Shown here: positions 60,267 to 64,000 of the stretch, piece by piece
Numbering within the stretch: the stretch's first letter is position 1
Layout: each line of letters opens with the position of its first letter
NCBI GenBank assembly: GCA_963664325.2
Contig: CAXXDQ010000003.1
Location: forward strand, 640,001 to 704,000
DNA from: Desulfomonilia bacterium
GTDB lineage: Bacteria; Desulfobacterota; Desulfomonilia; UBA1062
Reading direction: 5' to 3'
Length of the DNA stretch: 64,000 bases
Notes under the pieces: model-generated
What the model was told of the DNA's origin: nothing
Databases searched by the model: none
The model's input: only the letters and a program-made list of their open reading frames with translations
Position numbers and translations under genes: made by a program

Positions 60267-62462
60267 ATGGGTTCACTCGAAGAAGGAAATGAATATCATA
60301 CTCTTTCAGTAAAGGATCTTCTCGAGGCACGGGATGCATATCATGTTTTTCTTATGAGGAAAAAAAACGTTATTGGAACAGCAATCGGTTTATATCGTGT
60401 TTGCAAGGATAAAACAAAGCCCAGAACACTTAAGAACTCTGAAGTACGCAGCGGTTACTCATGGCCATGTGTGCTGGTGTTTGTAGAGGGATGGGTTCAA
60501 AAAAAGAGCTTTGGTAAGGCTCAAAAAGCATCATATAATGATTATATACCAAAATCTCTCTATCTCCCGGATGGTCGGGAAATCCCTGTGTGCGTTATAC
60601 TGTCAGAGTGGGGACAAAAAAATCCGGAAACAATTCTGAAGATGAAGTTTCCAGGAAATGTGATTGGCGGCGGTTATCCTATCATGACAAAAGTGCAAGG
60701 AGAAGAACGCTGGGCAACCCTGGGATGCCTAGTCAGTGATGGTAGGCTCACTTATGGATTGACTAACGCACATGTAACAGGTCAACCAGGCGAAAGCCTG
60801 TATACGATAATCAATGGCAATGAAGAAGAGATTGGTAAATCATCATCAAAAAACCTCAAGAAGATACCTTTTACTCAAGTTTATGAGAGCCTGCCTGGTA
60901 AACATGCATTGGTAAACCTTGATATCGGCCTGATCGAACTGAACGACATAAACAATGTCACATCGCAGATATTCGGATTAGGAAAGGTAATGGGTCTACT
61001 TGATGTTAATCATGACACATTGTCCCTTAAGCTCATTGGTTGTCCAGTAATGGGATTTGGATGTTCATCTGGTCTTATGAAAGGGGAGATTATTGCCCTT
61101 TTCTATAGGTATGAAACTGCGGGAGGATATGATTACATAGCAGACTACCTGATCGGTCCACGAAGTGAAAAAATCATGGTTGGTAAGTCATCCTTTAGCC
61201 CTAGGAAGGGTGACTCTGGGACCTTGCTGGTGATAGACAAACCTAAAAGTTCTGAACATATGAAGGCCATAGGTGTTCTGTGGGGTGGACAAAAAGATAT
61301 CACTAATGAATCCGAACAGCCTTATGGTTTAGCGACAAACCTTGGGACTATATGCAAGAATATGGACATTGAGCTTGTGTCTAGCTGGAACTCAAACTAT
61401 GACACTTTTTTTGGTGCATATGCCCACATAACATTGCCAGGAATGTGTCTCAAAGTGATCAAAGATAAAAAGTTGAAAACGCTTATGGAGAACAATGCTG
61501 ATCGATTCAGCTTGCCACTTGAAGAGACTGCTGTGAACGATACTAAGGGATTGAGCAAGAAGCATTTTGTTCCATTGTCCGATGTTCCAGACTTAGTATG
61601 GAAGAGTAGAGGTGGAGAATTCCAGCGGAGCAAGGAAGGGCCGAACCATTTTGCAGACATGGATCAGCCCAATCCATCAGTTGGCGGCAAGACCCTTCTT
61701 GATATATGTGAAAATGTTAAAAATATTGATCCCGATGTGTGGGTGAACTTCTATAAAGAGTTAAAGGCCAAAGACATGGGAGCATTGCCGTTCAGGATAG
61801 CACAAATATATGACGCACTTGTTAAGTTTGCCAGGCAGGGACATGTAACTAATTTCATCTGCGCAGCTGGCATACTGTCTCATTATGTTTTTGATTCATG
61901 TATGCCACTCCACATCAGCTATATGCACCATGGGGATCCTGACGGGCCAAAAGATAGTAGTAACAAATCAATTTCGTACAATGTACATGCCGAATTCGAT
62001 AACCAGATGGTTGAATACTACGTTGAAACACTCAGGAATAACCTGGATAATTATGTGAAGGAAAAAGATGATGTAGGTGAACCAGTAAAACGAGGGAGCA
62101 TAAAAACAACAAAAGATGCAGCTAGAGCAGCTGTGACATTGATGTATAACACAGTGAATAAATATGCGAACCCTAAGAACATAGTGAAGGATTATGAGAA
62201 ACTGGTTGATGAGAATAAACGTGCACGCTGTGCCCAGTTGTGGGATAAATATGGGGAAGGAATGCAGCACGCAATGGCAGAGGCCGTTGTACTGACAGCC
62301 CGATTGTGGGAAGCTGCTTGGGACAATGGAAATGGGAAAAACAACATCCACAATACAGATTCCATTCCTGAAGACGACCTGAAAAAACTCTATGAGACAA
62401 AGACAGGATTTCTTGACTCAGTTAGACTCTCAGAGATCAAGGGTACTATGACATGGACATAG
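60267..62462 (+). CDS. trypsin-like (Nal1-like) serine protease fused to an S1/P1 nuclease-phospholipase C-like domain
   Basis: Triad motifs TNAHV, LDIGLI and KGDSG; C-terminal VPD, NHFADMD, LPFRI, SHYVFDSCMPLH and VHAEFD. AGGAGG RBS. Confidence 0.78.
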   Translation: MGSLEEGNEYHTLSVKDLLEARDAYHVFLMRKKNVIGTAIGLYRVCKDKTKPRTLKNSEVRSGYSWPCVLVFVEGWVQKKSFGKAQKASYNDYIPKSLYLPDGREIPVCVILSEWGQKNPETILKMKFPGNVIGGGYPIMTKVQGEERWATLGCLVSDGRLTYGLTNAHVTGQPGESLYTIINGNEEEIGKSSSKNLKKIPFTQVYESLPGKHALVNLDIGLIELNDINNVTSQIFGLGKVMGLLDVNHDTLSLKLIGCPVMGFGCSSGLMKGEIIALFYRYETAGGYDYIADYLIGPRSEKIMVGKSSFSPRKGDSGTLLVIDKPKSSEHMKAIGVLWGGQKDITNESEQPYGLATNLGTICKNMDIELVSSWNSNYDTFFGAYAHITLPGMCLKVIKDKKLKTLMENNADRFSLPLEETAVNDTKGLSKKHFVPLSDVPDLVWKSRGGEFQRSKEGPNHFADMDQPNPSVGGKTLLDICENVKNIDPDVWVNFYKELKAKDMGALPFRIAQIYDALVKFARQGHVTNFICAAGILSHYVFDSCMPLHISYMHHGDPDGPKDSSNKSISYNVHAEFDNQMVEYYVETLRNNLDNYVKEKDDVGEPVKRGSIKTTKDAARAAVTLMYNTVNKYANPKNIVKDYEKLVDENKRARCAQLWDKYGEGMQHAMAEAVVLTARLWEAAWDNGNGKNNIHNTDSIPEDDLKKLYETKTGFLDSVRLSEIKGTMTWT

Positions 62463-62530
62463 GCAATAATGGCCGTCCTGGAACTTCTATATGACTGCCT
62501 TTTAAATGAGTCCAGGACGGCATTGCCTAT
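62459..62530. terminator. long inverted repeat after the protease-nuclease gene
   Basis: ATAGGCAAT..GCCGTCCTGGA ... TCCAGGACGGCATTGCCTAT. Confidence 0.55.
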
Positions 62531-62761
62531 CTGTTAATTATACATCGGAGCAAGGCTTACTACCTATCTTTAAGAAATGAATATCTCCAATTGTCAGCAG
62601 ATTGAATATCACTACGATGAATGAGAACTTTTACTGCACCCGGATAAATTATGATTTTCTCAAGATATATGAACTTTTTATGAGGCCGATAAATGATAAC
62701 TATTGTGCCTCTATATTCAGTTTTTAAAGGAGAATCTTTTTGTAAATATAACTTTTGCAGA

Positions 62762-62824
62762 TGATAACGGTCACGCTCAGCCGCTTGTGAAGCGAAGCAA
62801 ATCGGCTAGAATGCTGTGTTGGGC
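62762..62824 (-). other. attC site
   Basis: Minus strand GCCCAAC-acagcattctagccg..gcttcgc..cggctgagcgtgacc-GTTATCA, 63 bp, downstream of a lone ORF. Confidence 0.7.
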
Positions 62825-62885
62825 TGCTTTTGTTGTTATGAAAGTACATTCCATTGGTGGGCCATTCCCACTTCATTTACACACT

Positions 62886-63473
62886 TCACTTATCAGCGGA
62901 CATAGATTTCCGTTGATTCTTCATTCCCTGCATGGCTTGCTCGTACTGTGTCATCACGTGGTCAAGTCCTGCCTTTATGTCATCGTAAAATTTCTCCGGC
63001 CAAGGCTGGCCCTTGATATAACTGGTATTTATACCTAATTCCCCCATCGCTTTCTGAATTCGCTCTTGGGTTGAATGCCGCAGATAATTATAGAAGCTCT
63101 CAGGAATATCTGCTCCCTCTGCAAGAAATAGTTTTGTTTTCAAAATTAACCGCATCTCGTCATGCAAGGGCTTAAAATAATCGTGATACAGAAAATCTCG
63201 CCCCTTCGTTTGAAGTTCGATGGGAAGGTGACGATCATCCAGCGAAATATCTTCTTCCATCAAAGCGGATTGCAATTCTTCACAAACAAAGATCTGCACC
63301 ACAAGATTAAAAAGCGGTCCGTAGAATTCTTCAATCTGACGTTCAAGATACTTTACCCTCAATTCTTGACGCCGCTGGTACATTTCACGTTGCTTCGTAA
63401 GATAGTATGCTACAAACCATCCGGCAATCGTGACGAGCACTCCCAAGAAACCTAAGAGAATATTCGTGTCCAT
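62886..63473 (-). CDS. hypothetical protein with N-terminal TM helix; probable gene cassette
   Basis: One TM helix then LERQIEEFYGPL helical domain; GTTATAT box 17-23 bp upstream of the ATG and an attC downstream. Confidence 0.7.
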   Translation of the reverse strand: MDTNILLGFLGVLVTIAGWFVAYYLTKQREMYQRRQELRVKYLERQIEEFYGPLFNLVVQIFVCEELQSALMEEDISLDDRHLPIELQTKGRDFLYHDYFKPLHDEMRLILKTKLFLAEGADIPESFYNYLRHSTQERIQKAMGELGINTSYIKGQPWPEKFYDDIKAGLDHVMTQYEQAMQGMKNQRKSMSADK

Positions 63474-63856
63474 AGTTTACCTTGTCAAGATATAACAGCT
63501 TTTCAGATACTGGCCCACCCAACTATCAATTGGTAGAAATTCTATGCACAACATTCATTTTTTATTTCTTACATTAAAAACTGAAAGAAATATGAAAGTC
63601 AAGCTTGTTATTATAGTGAAACTTCTTAATATTACATAAAATCAGTGAATAGTCCGGTATATAAATATTTAATGAACATTATCTTTCTTCAATATAACAA
63701 TGAAGTTCTATTATTTGAATTTTATAAAGGATATAAAAATCGATTTGCCGAAAAGTTTCCATATCATTGTAACGATTTGTTATGATTACATTTGAAGATC
63801 ATAACAACCTGGTTATAGTTATGAAGTATTAGTTATCTCTATTCATATTAAAGCTT

Positions 63857-63925
63857 AGATATCTGCGATATATATTCATTTTTGATATGCATGAAAAAGC
63901 GATGATATTATTCTGATATGTTCAT
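63857..63925. repeat. decayed island repeat family, copy 3
   Basis: AGATATCTGCGATA then AAAAGCGATGATAT, like AAAAGCTATGATAT in copy 1. Confidence 0.6.
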
Positions 63926-64000
63926 AGGCTCAAGCATCAATGACTTTAGTGAAAGGGAACGTTCCCACAGAAACATCCAGAACATCATCATAGACCCGAC

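Larger units (their letters stand above)
32732..64000. mobile_element. tRNA-Leu-integrated phage-satellite-like genomic island (right end outside the window)
   Basis: att fragment next to a tyrosine integrase; xis-like, primase-helicase, PC4-like and TerS-like core; AT-richer composition by eye; accessory cargo; no return to housekeeping genes. Confidence 0.85.

Overview
The window has two parts. Positions ~1-31.8 kb are housekeeping chromosome of an anaerobic Gram-negative bacterium (Desulfobacterota/Deltaproteobacteria-like, by inference only). They carry metK, ahcY, glgP, ilvD, amrS, an M18 peptidase, polA and several transport and surface proteins. A cluster of single-base insertions at 26.5-30.8 kb looks like long-read assembly error. 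From 32.73 kb to beyond the window end lies a visibly AT-richer element integrated at tRNA-Leu(TAA); only the duplicated 3' half of the tRNA is present here. Its core is phage-satellite-like: tyrosine integrase, excisionase-like protein, primase-DUF3987 helicase, iteron-like repeats, PC4-like ssDNA-binding protein, TerS-like protein and a dif-like site. Its cargo is (i) six tandem lipoproteins with related leaders and interchangeable C-terminal domains, one with a DGR-VR-like tip; (ii) an integron-type cassette array with no IntI in the window (4 attC plus an attI-like junction) holding a NACHT-restriction-endonuclease fusion, two HEPN-like proteins and an unusual TM-radical SAM/SPASM + nucleotidyltransferase pair; (iii) a DUF2971-like protein, a serine protease-S1/P1 nuclease fusion and a second single-cassette site. 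A decayed repeat family lies beside the cassette insertion points. Family names come from recognising motifs by eye; no database search was run.
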